DNA of 64,000 nt, taken from assembly GCA_034520965.1 (NCBI GenBank), contig JAXHMY010000001.1:1050233-1114232 (forward strand). Direction: 5' to 3'. The notes beneath the pieces are model-generated. The model was given only the letters and a program-made list of their open reading frames with translations. It searched no databases and had not been told where the DNA came from. The stretch comes from Spirochaetia bacterium (GTDB taxonomy: Bacteria > Spirochaetota > Spirochaetia > DSM-16054 > Sediminispirochaetaceae). The position numbers and the translations under genes were made by a program. Shown here one piece after another: positions 39,102 through 51,493 of this stretch (positions are counted from its first letter, which is position 1; every line of letters starts with the position of its first letter).

Positions 39102-41129
39102 TTAGAAGATATCAGTCATCCCGTCCATTTTCAAGTTATTGTGCCACGCCTGAAACATCAGGACAGGCCACAAGCGGCTGTCATGGTTCCTTTTCTCCGA
39201 AAGGTGTTCCTGCCACAGTGACTGGACGACGCTGCTGTCAAACAGCCCCTGCCGGTCCAGGCTCTCTGCATTCAAAAGGTCTTCGGCCCACTCGCGCAGG
39301 GGCCCCCGCAGCCATAATCCCACCGGAACGGTAAAGCCCTGCTTTGGCCGTTCTATAAGCTTGGGGGGAACATACTTGTAGAGCACCTTGCGCAGTACCT
39401 GTTTTCCAGTTCTCCCGGATATTTTTAGGTGCTGCGGCAGTTTCCAGGCCAACTCTACCACTCGATGGTCGAGTATCGGCACCCGCGATTCCAAGCTGAC
39501 GGCCATACTTGCACGGTCTACTTTGGTAAGAATATCATCCGGAAGATAAGTAACTAAATCCAGGTACATAATGGCCGCAGTGATGTCGTCCATCTGCTCC
39601 CACATACGATCCTTCACTAGCTGCGATTCTACCACATCCTGCGATATAAGCGCATCCAGGGGACGCTTCCACTCGGAAACCAGCCCATGATACAGTTCGA
39701 GGGGGCTTCCGGCGGCAAGAACCCCCGCCAGCTTGTGCAGTTTGTAGCCCGGGTCCACCAAGGCCAGGGATTTCGGCAGCAGCGGTGAGGCGGCACTGTA
39801 GAGGCGGTCCCATCCATCAGGAGAGACGCCGAAAATGGCCCCGGCGGCCGCCCGCTTGGCAAAACCCGGTACCCGGGAAAATTTACGCCACAGGGAGTTC
39901 ATCCATATATGGCGGTTATATCCCCCGAAAAGCTCGTCTCCTCCGTCGCCGGACAGGCTCACCGTCACATGCTCACGAGCCAACCGGCTTACCAGAAAGG
40001 TGGGAATATTGGAATAGTCGGAATAGGGCTCGTCATACATCTGCGGCAGCAGAGGAATTACCTTTAGCGCATCCTCGGGAGTGAGGGTGAGTTCGGTATG
40101 GTTGGTACCCAAGTGCTGCGCCACATCCCGGGCATAGTCAGCCTCGTTGAACTGCCTTTCACGAAAGCCTATGGAAAAGGTCTTTACCGGACGATCGGAT
40201 TCCTGCTGCATCAGGGCTACCACCGTAGATGAGTCGACCCCGCCGGAGAGAAATGCTCCCAGGGGAACATCCGCCACCATGCGGTCTTTTACCGCCCGAC
40301 GCAGCTCGCCCTCCAACAGGTCCGCCGCCTCCTCAGCATTTACTTTGAGGGGGTTTCGAAATCCCTTAAGGGCCGTTTCACCGGCAGACCAGTAGGAATG
40401 CACGGAGATCCAATCCCGGCTTGTTTCACTTTCTGTCGGGCTCCAGCTCTCCCGTCCGTTCCAACGCCGGGCATCAATACGAAGGTAGGTGCCGGGCTGC
40501 AGCTTGAAGATGTCCTGCCAAATGGTGAAGGGGGCGGGAATATAGTTGTAGCGCAAATAGAGGGGCATTACATCGGCGCGCATCTGCGGGGTAAACTGAG
40601 GATGGGCCTGAATGCTTTTGAGTTCCGATCCGAACAACAGGCCATCGCCCTGAAAGCCGTAATATAGTGGTTTGATCCCGATGCGGTCCCGGGCCAGAAC
40701 CAGCGTACGATTTTCACGGTCCCACAGGGCAAAGGCAAACATACCCACGCTTCGCTCCAGGGTGCGGTCCAATCCCCACTGCTCGATCCCGGCCAGCAGT
40801 ACCTCGGTGTCGCTGTGGCCGCGGAAGGCCACCCCTGATTTTTTCGAGCTCCAGCCGCATTTCTGTAAAGCTGTACACCTCTCCGTTGTAGGCCAGCACA
40901 TACCTGCCGGAGGCACTGACCATCGGCTGCCGTCCTTCGACAGAAAGATCAATAATGGAAAGGCGCTGATGTCCCAGGGCAATTCCCACCGCGGGGTCGC
41001 TCCAAAAATTCCGGTCGTCGGGACCCCGATGGGTAAGGGAGGAAGTCGTTTTTTCAAGTGCCTGCGTATGTCCCGAGCCCATATTCTCGCTGTTGGGCCG
41101 GGAAACAGGAACCCTGTTAATCCGCACAT
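39102..41129 (-). CDS. asnB: Asparagine synthase-like glutamine amidotransferase (glycan amidation); two compensating frameshifts near the 5' end
   Basis: MCG start (TAATG overlap); HRGPDD/GHQRLSIID in the alternative frame; FLSGGVDSS, LSGDGGDELFGGY, KVDRASM. Confidence 0.92.
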   Translation of the reverse strand: MCGLTGFLFPGPTARIWARDIRRHLKKRLPPLPIGVPTTGIFGATPRWELPWDISAFPLLIFLSKDGSRWSVPPAGMCWPTTERCTALQKCGWSSKKSGVAFRGHSDTEVLLAGIEQWGLDRTLERSVGMFAFALWDRENRTLVLARDRIGIKPLYYGFQGDGLLFGSELKSIQAHPQFTPQMRADVMPLYLRYNYIPAPFTIWQDIFKLQPGTYLRIDARRWNGRESWSPTESETSRDWISVHSYWSAGETALKGFRNPLKVNAEEAADLLEGELRRAVKDRMVADVPLGAFLSGGVDSSTVVALMQQESDRPVKTFSIGFRERQFNEADYARDVAQHLGTNHTELTLTPEDALKVIPLLPQMYDEPYSDYSNIPTFLVSRLAREHVTVSLSGDGGDELFGGYNRHIWMNSLWRKFSRVPGFAKRAAAGAIFGVSPDGWDRLYSAASPLLPKSLALVDPGYKLHKLAGVLAAGSPLELYHGLVSEWKRPLDALISQDVVESQLVKDRMWEQMDDITAAIMYLDLVTYLPDDILTKVDRASMAVSLESRVPILDHRVVELAWKLPQHLKISGRTGKQVLRKVLYKYVPPKLIERPKQGFTVPVGLWLRGPLREWAEDLLNAESLDRQGLFDSSVVQSLWQEHLSEKRNHDSRLWPVLMFQAWHNNLKMDGMTDIF

Positions 41130-42299
41130 TACGAATACCTTCTCTCGTATATCTGTGTATAGAGATCGTGATACTTCTGTACGGCAGTATCGATATGCAG
41201 TTCCGTTTCGATCCGCCGCCGGGCCATCTCTCCGTAGCCTTTCAGCTGCCGACGACCCATTTCCGCACAAACCTCCCAGCGGGCTGCCAGCGCCGCCGGA
41301 TCCGCCGGCGGTACCACCCAGCCGGTCTCCCCAACCACATAGGCCGAATCGCCCACATCGGTGACCACACATGGAACCCCCCGGGCCATCGCCTCGCCCA
41401 CGACCAGGGGAAGCCCCTCGCCGACAGAGGAGGTGCTCAGCAGGTCCATCGCCGCATACACCCGGTCCATATCGCTGCGGCGCCCCAGCAGATGCAGGGA
41501 TTTTCCAAAATTGCTGTGTTGGCCCTCCGGAATAAGCGCCGCAAACTCCGGATTCTGCCATTCCACATGTAAACCGCACAAAACAAACCGAATGTCTCGT
41601 TCCTGGTGCGTCCGATGTAGACGGCGGGCAGCTTCCAAAAAGGCAGCGTGATCCTTCTGGGGGTTGAACCGGGCTACCAAGCCGATCACAAACTCCTCAT
41701 GGCCAATCCCCAATTCCTCCCGCAGGGTTTCGCCGGCAACATTCATACTGTTCAGGGACACGGCCGGGGTCTCAAAGCCGTTATGTATAACCTGCATCTT
41801 TGCAGAATCATATCCGAACGCGGTGTGAGTGCGTTCCGAGGCAAAGGAGCAGCAGACAATCTTTTCCGGGAGTTTTGAAGAGAGCAGGCGACCGAGTTTT
41901 GCACTGACCATAGTATTGCGGGTGTTGACGGCCGGGTCGAGGTTGCTCTGGTGAATTCCCCACACCACCGGTACCCCAGCCAGTCGGGCAGCCACTCCGC
42001 CGATTACATCGGCATGGTACATCCAGGTTTGCACTACCGCCGGTTTTCTCCGACGAATCCACTGATACACCGCCCAAAAGCTCCGGGGCGTGGGCACGCT
42101 GCTGTTCATTTCCGCGCTTGCTACCGGCACGCCCGTCTGCTGAATGGCTTTACCGACTAACTGCACCGGCAGCAGCGAGAGCACCTCCGGTTCGTACTTC
42201 TCTCTGTCGGTATGACGTATGAAGAGACTCCAACATTTTTTCTGCTCCACCCACATCGCTTGCGGTGATGATATGCAGGACCCGTATTTTCTTACTCAT
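41129..42299 (-). CDS. GT4 glycosyltransferase, frameshift near the 5' end
   Basis: MSKKIRVLHII..GGAE start; QTWMYHAD, ARFNPQKDH, EGLPLVVGEAMA. Confidence 0.88.
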
Positions 42300-43424
42300 T
42301 TTTGCTTGTGCAGTTCCTTTATAGTAGAGTGGTACTTTTCGATTACCCGCTGGACGGAAAAGTGCTCCTCAACCATCCTGCGCGAGGCGCTTCCCATTCG
42401 GCTCAATTTTTCATCGCTCATATGGTACATAAGGTCCATTGATTTCGTCAAAGAGGACACATCCCGAGGGCTGCAGAGCACACCGTTCTGCCCGTCCAGC
42501 ACTACCTCCCGGCATCCCGGCACATCGGTAGCCACCAGGGGACGGCCCATAGAGGCGGCCTCGAGCAGGCTGCGGGGAGTCCCTTCACGATAAGAAGGCA
42601 GCACGACGCAATGGGCCCTCTCAATAACCTCCCGAACATCTTCAAGGCGGCCTAAAAACTCAACCGCCCCTTGGGCTTCGGCAGCCGCTACCTCATCATT
42701 GGAAAGGGAGGTGCGGTTCTCGCTGTCGGTACTGCCGGCAAGTCAGGCATTGGACCTGCCGGCCGTAACGCCCATGCAGAGCCTTCGCAGCCTGGATAAA
42801 CTCTCCGGCCCCTTTATCCCTGAGCAGCCGCGCGATCATCAGAAATACAAAGCCCCCCTTCTGCCTGTCGGGAAGAGGCTGGGGAGAGAATTTCTGAAGA
42901 TCGATACCCGAACCGGGCAGCAGCCCCGTCTGGTGCTCCTCCACCAAGCCGTGGTAGATAAACTCCCTCCGATCGTCGTTGTTTTGAAAAAACACATGTG
43001 CAGCCCGGCGCTGGCTATACCGGTAGAGCAGCAGGACCAGACGGGTCAAGGGAGAGCGGCTGATAAATACCGTACCGAGACCGGATATATTGTTGACCGC
43101 GGGAATACCCAAGGAAGAGGCCGCCAGGGTTCCGTAAATATTCGGCTTGATGGTGAACTGACAGACCACCTCCGGCTGCAGGCAGCGGTACGCGTGGCGC
43201 AGTTGCCGCAACGTGCACAGATCCGCCAGAGGATTCGTCCCACTGCGGGAAATATTGACCGGGACAAAACCTATATCCCTATTCTGCAGAAATTTTTCAT
43301 AGCCGTCGGCCGGCGCAACCCCTGTTACCTCCCAACCGGCCTGTACAAACGACTCCATAAGGGAGAGACGAAAATTGTAGAGGTTCCAGGCGGTATTTGC
43401 GCAAAAGACAATGTGTTTTTTCAT
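42296..43424 (-). CDS. GT4 glycosyltransferase (PglA/WcoA-like), frameshift near 42700-42740
   Basis: NTAWNLYNFR, FTIKPNIYG, PGSGID, ARLLRDKG; continuation LPSYREGTPRSLLEA. Confidence 0.9.
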
Positions 43425-44509
43425 TTTATCTCGCTGAAAAGCTGTTTGTAGTGGGCCACTATGTGCTCAGTGCCAAACCTCTGCCGCACACTCTCCTGCA
43501 GGGATGAGGGATCCCATCGTGTATCCAAGGCAGCTGCGATTGCCCCTCCCAGTGACCCCTTATGGCCCGGCTCAGCCAAAAAGCCGTCGACCCCATCGCG
43601 AATTATCTCATCTGCAGAAGTATCCCCGCCGTAGGAGGCCACCGGGGTCCCGCAGCTGAGTGACTCGAGCACCACATTCGGAAAGCCCTCGTAGCGGCTT
43701 GACAACACAAACAGATCCGCCGCCGCCATCCAGCGATACGGATTGTGCTCAAATCCCTGCAGCAGCACCCGTTCGCCCAGCCCGAGCTCCCGGACCTGCT
43801 GCTCCAGGGCGCCTCGCTCAGCCCCCTCACCGAGGATGACCAAAGACCAGGGCCGGTTTAAGCCCGCCAGTTCCTGCAGCAGCAAGTCAAAGCCCTTTTG
43901 ACGGGTGAGCCGTCCGACGGCCAAGAGACGCGCGCCCTCCGAGGGCCATTCGGGACGTGGCTGCCCATGAGCCTGGCTGCGAATACCCTCGGTATCTACC
44001 GGGTTATGAATTACCCTGATTTTAGAGGCGGCCGCCAGGTTCTGCTGCTGCATATCCTGGGCCATACGCCGAGATTGAGCTACCACCACATCAAAGTTGC
44101 AGTATAGAAGCCGATAGGCCCTCCGGTAAAGGGCGGGGCGGGATTCAGACTGTAAGGATCGACTCGGCAGATTTCCCTCGCGGGCGATCAGTCTGACCGA
44201 GGGAGGCAGCAAGGGCCTCAGCAGGCTTACCGCAAGGTTCAGGTGGGTGAGAGTGGAAAATATGATCCCGGGCTTAAGCTTCCATGCAAGCTTAAGGAGC
44301 GCCGGTAAGGCGGATCGTACCCGGCTGCTGCCCAGGTCGTATACACATATATTTGTGCGGATAAACTCGCGAAGCTCCCCCTGGCTCGTTCCCGCTGCCA
44401 AAACCGGTTCCCATACCCCTGGATCGAGCCGGTTCAGCAGTGTAATCACCACCCGTTCTGCACCTCCTCCGTGGAGGTTCGGCAGTACGAACAACACCTT
44501 CTGTGCCAC
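43421..44509 (-). CDS. GT4 glycosyltransferase (PglJ-like)
   Basis: GGAERV, VGRLTRQKGFD, SSRYEGFPNVVLE. Confidence 0.92.
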   Translation of the reverse strand: MAQKVLFVLPNLHGGGAERVVITLLNRLDPGVWEPVLAAGTSQGELREFIRTNICVYDLGSSRVRSALPALLKLAWKLKPGIIFSTLTHLNLAVSLLRPLLPPSVRLIAREGNLPSRSLQSESRPALYRRAYRLLYCNFDVVVAQSRRMAQDMQQQNLAAASKIRVIHNPVDTEGIRSQAHGQPRPEWPSEGARLLAVGRLTRQKGFDLLLQELAGLNRPWSLVILGEGAERGALEQQVRELGLGERVLLQGFEHNPYRWMAAADLFVLSSRYEGFPNVVLESLSCGTPVASYGGDTSADEIIRDGVDGFLAEPGHKGSLGGAIAAALDTRWDPSSLQESVRQRFGTEHIVAHYKQLFSEIK

Positions 44510-45443
44510 TACCGAAGTACCCGTCTATCTCGAGTATACACGAGCCTTCCGGGCAGCAGCCCGGCGAAGGTGAGCACCGGCCGCGGGGTGCTGCGGAGCA
44601 TACTCAAGGTCGAGCAGCCGCCGTGCAGGGAAAAACGCACGTAATGTACCGCCGCCTTTAGGCTTACTGGAACTTTAATCGGGTATTTTAGTACCTCGGC
44701 ATAAAAATCACGGCTGCCGAGGGGGCTTCGGGCCCGCAAGCTGATCAGCGTCCGGGTTATGCTCTCGTCTGTAGTAAAGTAAATGCGCAGCGCCTCGTTG
44801 ACATACCGTGTAAGATAGCTGTGGCCGAGGCGCAGCCATACATAGCCCGGGGGGACATGGCGCTCACCGGGGTGTTCCGGATACAGATGCTGCCGCAGCA
44901 GTTCGGTACGGACAAAGCCCCACTTCTCCCCGCTTATTCCTAGGCGATAATGCAGCGCAAAGGTGGTAGAATCGTAGACATCCTCAGGAAACTCATCGCC
45001 CACCACCCGGCCGAGCTCATCGCGGCAGAGCACCGTCACCCCGGCGTAGCGATCCCGTGTTTCGGTGGGGATTTCCATCCACCGGACGGCAAAACGCTCG
45101 AGCGCCTCGGGAACACAGGCATCGTCGGAGTCGAGGGTCAGAAACAACTCCCCGCCGACTCGCGAACCCCGCGGTTAAAGGCGGTGTGTTTTCCGCCGTT
45201 GGTCTTTTTTACATACCGTAGGGGAAATGAAGCCTCCGCCTGCCACCCCCTCACCAGCTCTTCGGTCGCATCCTGCGAACCGTCGTCGACTATCAGCCAT
45301 TCAAAATCGCCGAAGCTCTGCTGCTGCAGGCTCTCATATACCCGGTGCAGGGTAGCGGCCCGGTTGTAGGTTGGAGTAAAAACAGTAAACAGGGGCGCGG
45401 CCTTTTCAGACTTCTCAATGTTCAAAATACCAGTTTCTCCCAT
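44509..45443 (-). CDS. GT2 glycosyltransferase, frameshift near 45150
   Basis: TPTYNRA, VDDGS, NGGKH in the first ORF; LDSDD in the second. Confidence 0.88.
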
Positions 45444-46507
45444 AGTGCAATTATGTTCTCCGGCCGATAAAATTCAGCTGTCTCACGAGCAGCCCCGGCA
45501 AGCCGTTGCCGCGTACCGCTGTCTAAAGCAAGCGACCGGATTGCCTCTGCCATTTTATCTGTGTGCTCCGCCGGCACCAACAGGCCGTTTTGCTGATGCT
45601 GCAGCAGCTCACCCGGTCCGGTGGGGCAGTCGTAGGCGATACAGGCCAAACCGGAGGCCATGGCCTCTAAAAGCACGTTCGGAAAACCCTCGAAGCGCGA
45701 GGACAGCACAAAAACATCGGCTCTGCCATACTCATCGGCAATTCGGCTGGTAGCCCCGGGCATTTGAACTAGGCCGGAAAGACCCAGCTGACGGGAGAGT
45801 GCTTCGAGGGCTTCCCGCTCTTTACCCTCGCCGAGAATACGCAGCACCCAGCCCTCATCAAGACGGGCTGCCGCAAAGGCACGCAGCAGGAGGTCGAAGC
45901 CCTTCTGCCGGTTCAGTCTGCCGGCCGCCAGAAGGGTACGCGGTCCTGCCGAGGGCTGCCTCTCTCCCCTAAAAAATTCCGGATTTACCGGATTTGGAAT
46001 AACCGCCGCAACCGGAATTTTGTGCTTCCGATAATAATCTGCAATTCCTTCGGTCTGCACCACCAGGCGTCCACCCCGCCGATACACACGGTTACGCAGA
46101 CGCTTCCACAGCCTGGAAACCTCGTAGTGTTCGGGATGGTTTCGTTCGGCCGCATATACCGTCACATCCAAGCCCCTGGCCGCCAGGATAGTTACAATAT
46201 TGGTCATGGTCATGAAACTGATAACCCCATCCGGTTCGACCTCCCGGATAACGCTGCGTACCGCCGCAACCCGTCGACGATTGGACAGAAGCGCATGCAG
46301 GGGGGTCGTTGAAGCGCCCGTCAAGCCAAGCTTCCGCACCTCGATGCCCTGGGAAAGCGGAAAATAGAGCTCGGCATCCTTGAGGGTAACCACTGTTACC
46401 CACACCCCGCGACGGTGCCACTCGTTGGCCAGAACGGTCAATACCCGTTCGGCACCTCCAGGGGCAAACTTTGAAATTACAAACAGAACCGAAGCCATGC
46501 TGCTCAC
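45422..46507 (-). CDS. GT4 glycosyltransferase (PglH/AmsD-like)
   Basis: GGAERV, AGRLNRQKGFD, SRFEGFPNVLLEAM, DCPTGP. Confidence 0.92.
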   Translation of the reverse strand: MSSMASVLFVISKFAPGGAERVLTVLANEWHRRGVWVTVVTLKDAELYFPLSQGIEVRKLGLTGASTTPLHALLSNRRRVAAVRSVIREVEPDGVISFMTMTNIVTILAARGLDVTVYAAERNHPEHYEVSRLWKRLRNRVYRRGGRLVVQTEGIADYYRKHKIPVAAVIPNPVNPEFFRGERQPSAGPRTLLAAGRLNRQKGFDLLLRAFAAARLDEGWVLRILGEGKEREALEALSRQLGLSGLVQMPGATSRIADEYGRADVFVLSSRFEGFPNVLLEAMASGLACIAYDCPTGPGELLQHQQNGLLVPAEHTDKMAEAIRSLALDSGTRQRLAGAARETAEFYRPENIIALWEKLVF

Positions 46508-47634
46508 GGTGCCGCCCCCTCCAGGCCGTAGGCCGCCATAATACCCATCATACGCTTGTGATACGTCGCGGGGCTGTGCTCGGTGGTGGCCAGTTCGTAA
46601 CTGCGGCGCCCCATGCGCTGGAGCCGCCGGCTATCGGCAACACAGTATTCTATCGCCTCAATCAAACTCGGAAGGTTGTCACTCTTGAATATACGGCCGT
46701 TGCCGTCCTGCTCTACGTACCACTGCACCCCGGCCGTATCGCTGCATATAACCGGGAGCCCCCCAGCCATCGCCTCCAGCAGGGATACTCCGGCCTCTTC
46801 ATCCCGACTCGGCAGAACAAACAGGTCGTTGCGCGCATATTCTTCCAACAGCGTTTCAAAGGCAACCGAATCGTTCAGTGTAACGTGGGCTTCCAAACCG
46901 TGGGACTGCACATATTCCTTTACCCGCTCGTACTGTTTTTTATACGCTTCGGTGTCGTAGCCTCCGTAAACCGTTAGATGCAGCTTATACCTGCCTAGGA
47001 GCGACTCCACCGCCTGAATTAGCAGCAGGTGGTTCTTACGTTCCATGTACTTGCCTACCATAAGAAGGCGAACCGTATCATCAGCCTTCGCCGGCTCGGG
47101 CTCTGCAGGCCTATGGCGGGGCTCCACTACAAAGGGCAGATAATATACATTTGGAGCTGCCGCCGGATACTTCCGGGCATCACCCTTCACCGGTGAAATC
47201 CAGGGGGCGCGAAAAATTTTCATCAGCCCCCGGAAGGCAACCCGTTTGAGCCAAGAGAGGGGTCGGTAGACCTCGCCCTGGGTGTAAAACACCACCTGCC
47301 GCCCCTGCAGAAATGCCGTCAGAGCACAGCGACGCGAGTGGCGCCGTTTCGGGTCGCGGATTATCACCACATCGGGGTCGTAGCTGCGATAAAACCGGGC
47401 CAAACTGCGAAATGAGTAGTAGGCTAGGGTCCTGTCGGGAGCCTGCGGCTGCAGGCGTTTTCGCAGACGGTAGAGTGGAGCATACTCGAGCAGGCGCGGC
47501 TTTAGCAGCGAGTGGTCTTCGGAAGAGCGGGTGGTGACTACCAAAAACTCGACCTGATGGCCATGATCGATCAGAGCCTTTACTACAAAGAACTGGTTGG
47601 TATGAAAGCGCGGGGCTGCAAATAAAAATTTCAT
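46504..47634 (-). CDS. GT4 glycosyltransferase
   Basis: VGKYMERKN, LPSRDEEAGVSLLEAMA. Confidence 0.88.
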   Translation of the reverse strand: MKFLFAAPRFHTNQFFVVKALIDHGHQVEFLVVTTRSSEDHSLLKPRLLEYAPLYRLRKRLQPQAPDRTLAYYSFRSLARFYRSYDPDVVIIRDPKRRHSRRCALTAFLQGRQVVFYTQGEVYRPLSWLKRVAFRGLMKIFRAPWISPVKGDARKYPAAAPNVYYLPFVVEPRHRPAEPEPAKADDTVRLLMVGKYMERKNHLLLIQAVESLLGRYKLHLTVYGGYDTEAYKKQYERVKEYVQSHGLEAHVTLNDSVAFETLLEEYARNDLFVLPSRDEEAGVSLLEAMAGGLPVICSDTAGVQWYVEQDGNGRIFKSDNLPSLIEAIEYCVADSRRLQRMGRRSYELATTEHSPATYHKRMMGIMAAYGLEGAAP

Positions 47635-47643
47635 AATTCGGTG

Positions 47644-48603
47644 TTATTGCCAGGGCAACTTTACCATTTCTCCAAAAATAAAATCGTACTCTTTGGGTAC
47701 AAAGGCCGCTTTTCCGCTGGCCGGGTAAAAGGTTATCTCACCAAACCGCGGCCGCCCCTTATACTCGTACAAATCGACCCGGCACAGAGGAAAGGGCTCG
47801 GCCAGCTTTTTGGCAACCTCCAGCATCTCCTCGGCACAGGCCGGCTTTTCTACAGTATATGAGTCGGGTCGGGGATACTCGTAGACCACATCAATTGACT
47901 TCCATTCAGAATCGAGCAGCATACGCCGATGTGCATAAAATCGGCCTATATCGAGCTGAGTAAACAGGACTCTGCCGTTTGAAACAAAAAACTTATAGTC
48001 GATGGGGGGCTTCCCATCTTCTGAACTAAGATCTTCCTCAATAATAATTGCGGGCTCAATACCGCTGTAAGCCCATTCGCCTTTGTTCTGCCCATATGCC
48101 GAAATACCCAACCAGGAATCACATAAGGTTTTAATCTCGCTGATATTTGATGTACCTCGCTGGTAGAACAGAACCTTTCCAGAGACATGGTTCGGCTTGA
48201 TTACCGCCCTATCTGGTAATTCATCAAAATCTATTTCCTCAGGCCGTGTTCCTGAATAATACTGCTTAACCAGATATTCCTTGCCCACCGTCTGGCTCAC
48301 ATAGTCGCGAACGGCAATTTTATCGGCACACTGCACCATTAAATCGGTTTTCAGGTTCTGCTTCATCCAGAGCACATGCTCATTTAGACTGCGCGGCTTT
48401 TTTATTTTCGGCAGATAACCGGTAACTGAGAAGAAAGAGAGGGAATCATAGATATGAGTAAAAAAAGGTATAGACCTCAGCAGATCCTTTGCAGAATATA
48501 AAAGTATATAGAGTAACGGATGGGCGGTTATCTTTTTTCCATCTATCGACGCATATTTGTAGCGACCGTCGGTTTTATTGGTTATTTTCACGTGTATACT
48601 CAC
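47644..48603 (-). CDS. TupA-like ATP-grasp protein
   Basis: ADKIAVRDYV, VIKPNHVSG, IIIEE, DYKFFV, RVDLY, FGEITFYP. Confidence 0.88.
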   Translation of the reverse strand: MSIHVKITNKTDGRYKYASIDGKKITAHPLLYILLYSAKDLLRSIPFFTHIYDSLSFFSVTGYLPKIKKPRSLNEHVLWMKQNLKTDLMVQCADKIAVRDYVSQTVGKEYLVKQYYSGTRPEEIDFDELPDRAVIKPNHVSGKVLFYQRGTSNISEIKTLCDSWLGISAYGQNKGEWAYSGIEPAIIIEEDLSSEDGKPPIDYKFFVSNGRVLFTQLDIGRFYAHRRMLLDSEWKSIDVVYEYPRPDSYTVEKPACAEEMLEVAKKLAEPFPLCRVDLYEYKGRPRFGEITFYPASGKAAFVPKEYDFIFGEMVKLPWQ

Positions 48604-49854
48604 TTACCAGTTTCTGCACAATATCGTTATACCTAACGGCAAGTCTGGTCCATTCATACTCATACGCCGGAGTATTGCGTTCAATACCATTCTCGATTAC
48701 AGATCTAAGATATTCAGCCATTTCTTCTACTTGGTCACCCGAAAAGCGAACGCCCTTATTATCCATAATTTTCTCAGGATCACTCCCAGGAGGTGCAATT
48801 AATAGTATTGGTGTACCGGCGCCTAAGGCATCGAAGATCTTCCCGGTGACCATTATTTTATTCTCATTATTTGTATCTGGAGATACTGAGGAAATTACAA
48901 CAAATAAATCTGCACTCTTGGTAACCTCAAGAGCTTTATCCTTAGTCACCATACCATGATCTACAATTCTTGAAGTTATATTGAATTTCTCTCCCATCTC
49001 AATAATGTGGTGACTGTGCTTTCCATAATAGTGAAATTTCCACTCTAACTTATCGTAATCTTTAACTAAACTGAGTGCTTTAAAAAAGGGCTCTATAGTA
49101 CGAATAGGGAAATAAAATGAACCAGTATATACAATAGAAATCTCACCAAATTTTTCTACAGAAAACTTATCTAGTCTATCCTTTTCAAAACCATTAGTAA
49201 CTACAAAAAATTTAACGTTTTGCGACATCATTGAATTTCATCATTAATAATATCGTTCATTCCACCGGTTACCGAAACGACTCCAATCGCACCATTCAAT
49301 ATCCTCTGTTCGCGTTTTTGTATTTTCTTAGGTCTTACCGGTTTCGTTGGATTCAAATTCCACAAATCACGATAATCGAGCACATATGGAACGTTGTACT
49401 TTTTATTTAGATAATACGCAATCTCAAAGTCGACAAAAGGGCCTCCAGATCCAATAATAAGATCGTATGGAAATTTCTGCTTAGACGCAAAATGCTTTTT
49501 AACAGAATAAAGCCAGAATCTCTTACTCTCTTCTTGCAGAATAGATGATACAAATCTACCAATCTTTCCAATTAAATTTTTAACACCTCCACATAAACCA
49601 CTATTGTTTATGATGAAATATCCTTTTTCAATATTGTGAAGGGGAAAACGGATTTCTATTGATTCAATTTTATGTTTCTTAATCTCATTATTCCAAATCT
49701 CATTATTTTCTTGATTCTTTACGAATTTGCTATCAACAGTAAGGACAGAAACATTATTTCCATTGTTTGCTAAACCTTTAATAATATTCCAAATGCGCAC
49801 TAAACCTATTTCATTGCGAGGAGGGAAAGAAAAAGTAACAAATAAAATATTCAT
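48575..49854 (-). CDS. GT4 glycosyltransferase, frameshift near 49230
   Basis: FPP..G..R, DYRDLW in the first ORF; TNGF, YTGSFY, GKIFD in the second. Confidence 0.85.
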
Positions 49855-49867
49855 ATAATCAGCACAC

Positions 49868-50925
49868 TCAACTATCAGATAGAAGTGTATTAACTACTTT
49901 TAAAGAACTATTACCGTCACCATAAAGATCTTTCCAAACTTCTGGAAACGGTGGGTTATTCAAAGCAGAATGTAATTTTCCGCTTATTAAATCCCACTAG
50001 AGTATTTGCTCCCGCATATAGCGTTTCTATCCACTCTGTTTCTTCTCTTAAAGTAATACAGGGTTTATTGAAAAAATAGGCTTCTTTTTGAACGCCACCA
50101 GAGTCTGTCACAATGAAACGGCAATTATTTTCAAGATATATCATATCGAGATAGCCAACCGGATCAACAAGTTTAATATGTTCATCAAATTTCAAACCAT
50201 ATTTATCAAGCATTTTTTTTGTTCGTGGATGCAATGGTAATATTCCTTTCAAATTAGTAAAACTATTCAATGCCTCCACTATTGATTCAAGTCTTTTTCT
50301 GTTGTCAGTGTTTTCCGCACGGTGGATGGTGATCAAATAATAGTCTTCGGGGATTTCTATCGAAGGTTTATGGGGTAACTCTCTGTAATAAAGCGATGCG
50401 TCATACATTATGTCTCCTGTGCGATACACACCGGAATTAATGCCTTCATTCTCTAAATTTTTTACTGCTACATCGGTAGGACAAAAAATATTTTGCAAGG
50501 TGGTCTGTGAGAACCCTGTTTTGTTCTTCCGGCATACTCTTATTGAAAGATCTCAAGCCTGCTTCTATATGCGCAATTGGAATGTTTAATTTACTAGCAG
50601 CTAAAGCACCCGCTAAGGTTGTATTTGTATCACCATAGACTAATACACAATCCGGCTGTTTGCTTTGCAAAAGACTTTCAATTTTCTCTAACATCATTCC
50701 AGTTGTTTTACCATGGGAACCGCTACCAACTGAAAGATTCACATCCGGAAAGGGAATGTTCAATTCCCGGAAAAAAACATCTGACATATTATCATCATAA
50801 TGTTGTCCCGAATGAACAAGACACTCATCAATACTATTACTATAATCGCTTTTTATTAATCTGCTTATAACTGCTGCTTTTATAAATTGGGGCCTTGCTC
50901 CAACAATTGATACTAGTTTGTACAT
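49868..50925 (-). CDS. wbpI: UDP-GlcNAc(3NAcA) 2-epimerase (WbpI/WecB-like), two frameshifts
   Basis: [59 protein letters not shown] tail. Confidence 0.85.
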
Positions 50926-50926
50926 C

Positions 50927-51493
50927 CTATGCCTTCTGTATTCCGTGTTCTACTTTTTTATATTGTGCACCACACTCATTACAACGCAAATCATTATTTA
51001 GCTTTACCCCACATTCACATACCCAGGCTCTCTGCTTTGCAGGGCTTCCGTATACCATTGCGTAATCAGGAACATCCCTCGTCACCACACTACCTGCACC
51101 AACAAAGCTAAACTTCCCTAATGTTACCCCGCAGACTATTGTGGCATTTGCACCAATAGAAGCACCATATTTAACTAATGTCTGCTTATATTCACTCTTT
51201 CGTTCAATAAATGCCCTTGGATTTATCACATTAGTAAACACGCAGGAAGGGCCGCAGAACACATCGTCCTCTATTATAACATCATCGTATACAGACACAT
51301 TATTCTGTATTTTTACTCCATTACCAACTACAGCTTTCCCACCTATATTTACATTTTGTCCAATTGAGCAACGAAAGCCAATTTGAGCTCCCGGCAACAC
51401 ATGAGAAAAATGCCAGATTTTGGTCTTTTCACCTATTGTGGCACCTTCATCAACATAGCTCGATTCATGCACAAAATAATCATCATTTTGCAT
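50927..51493 (-). CDS. wbpD: UDP-GlcNAc3NA acetyltransferase (hexapeptide repeat)
   Basis: [30 protein letters not shown]. Confidence 0.88.
   Translation of the reverse strand: MQNDDYFVHESSYVDEGATIGEKTKIWHFSHVLPGAQIGFRCSIGQNVNIGGKAVVGNGVKIQNNVSVYDDVIIEDDVFCGPSCVFTNVINPRAFIERKSEYKQTLVKYGASIGANATIVCGVTLGKFSFVGAGSVVTRDVPDYAMVYGSPAKQRAWVCECGVKLNNDLRCNECGAQYKKVEHGIQKA

Noticed and set aside
39102..41579. 825-aa ORF suggesting an AsnB with a long novel N-terminus
   Set aside because: The true start is MCG at 41129; the extension is an alternative frame of the upstream GT4.
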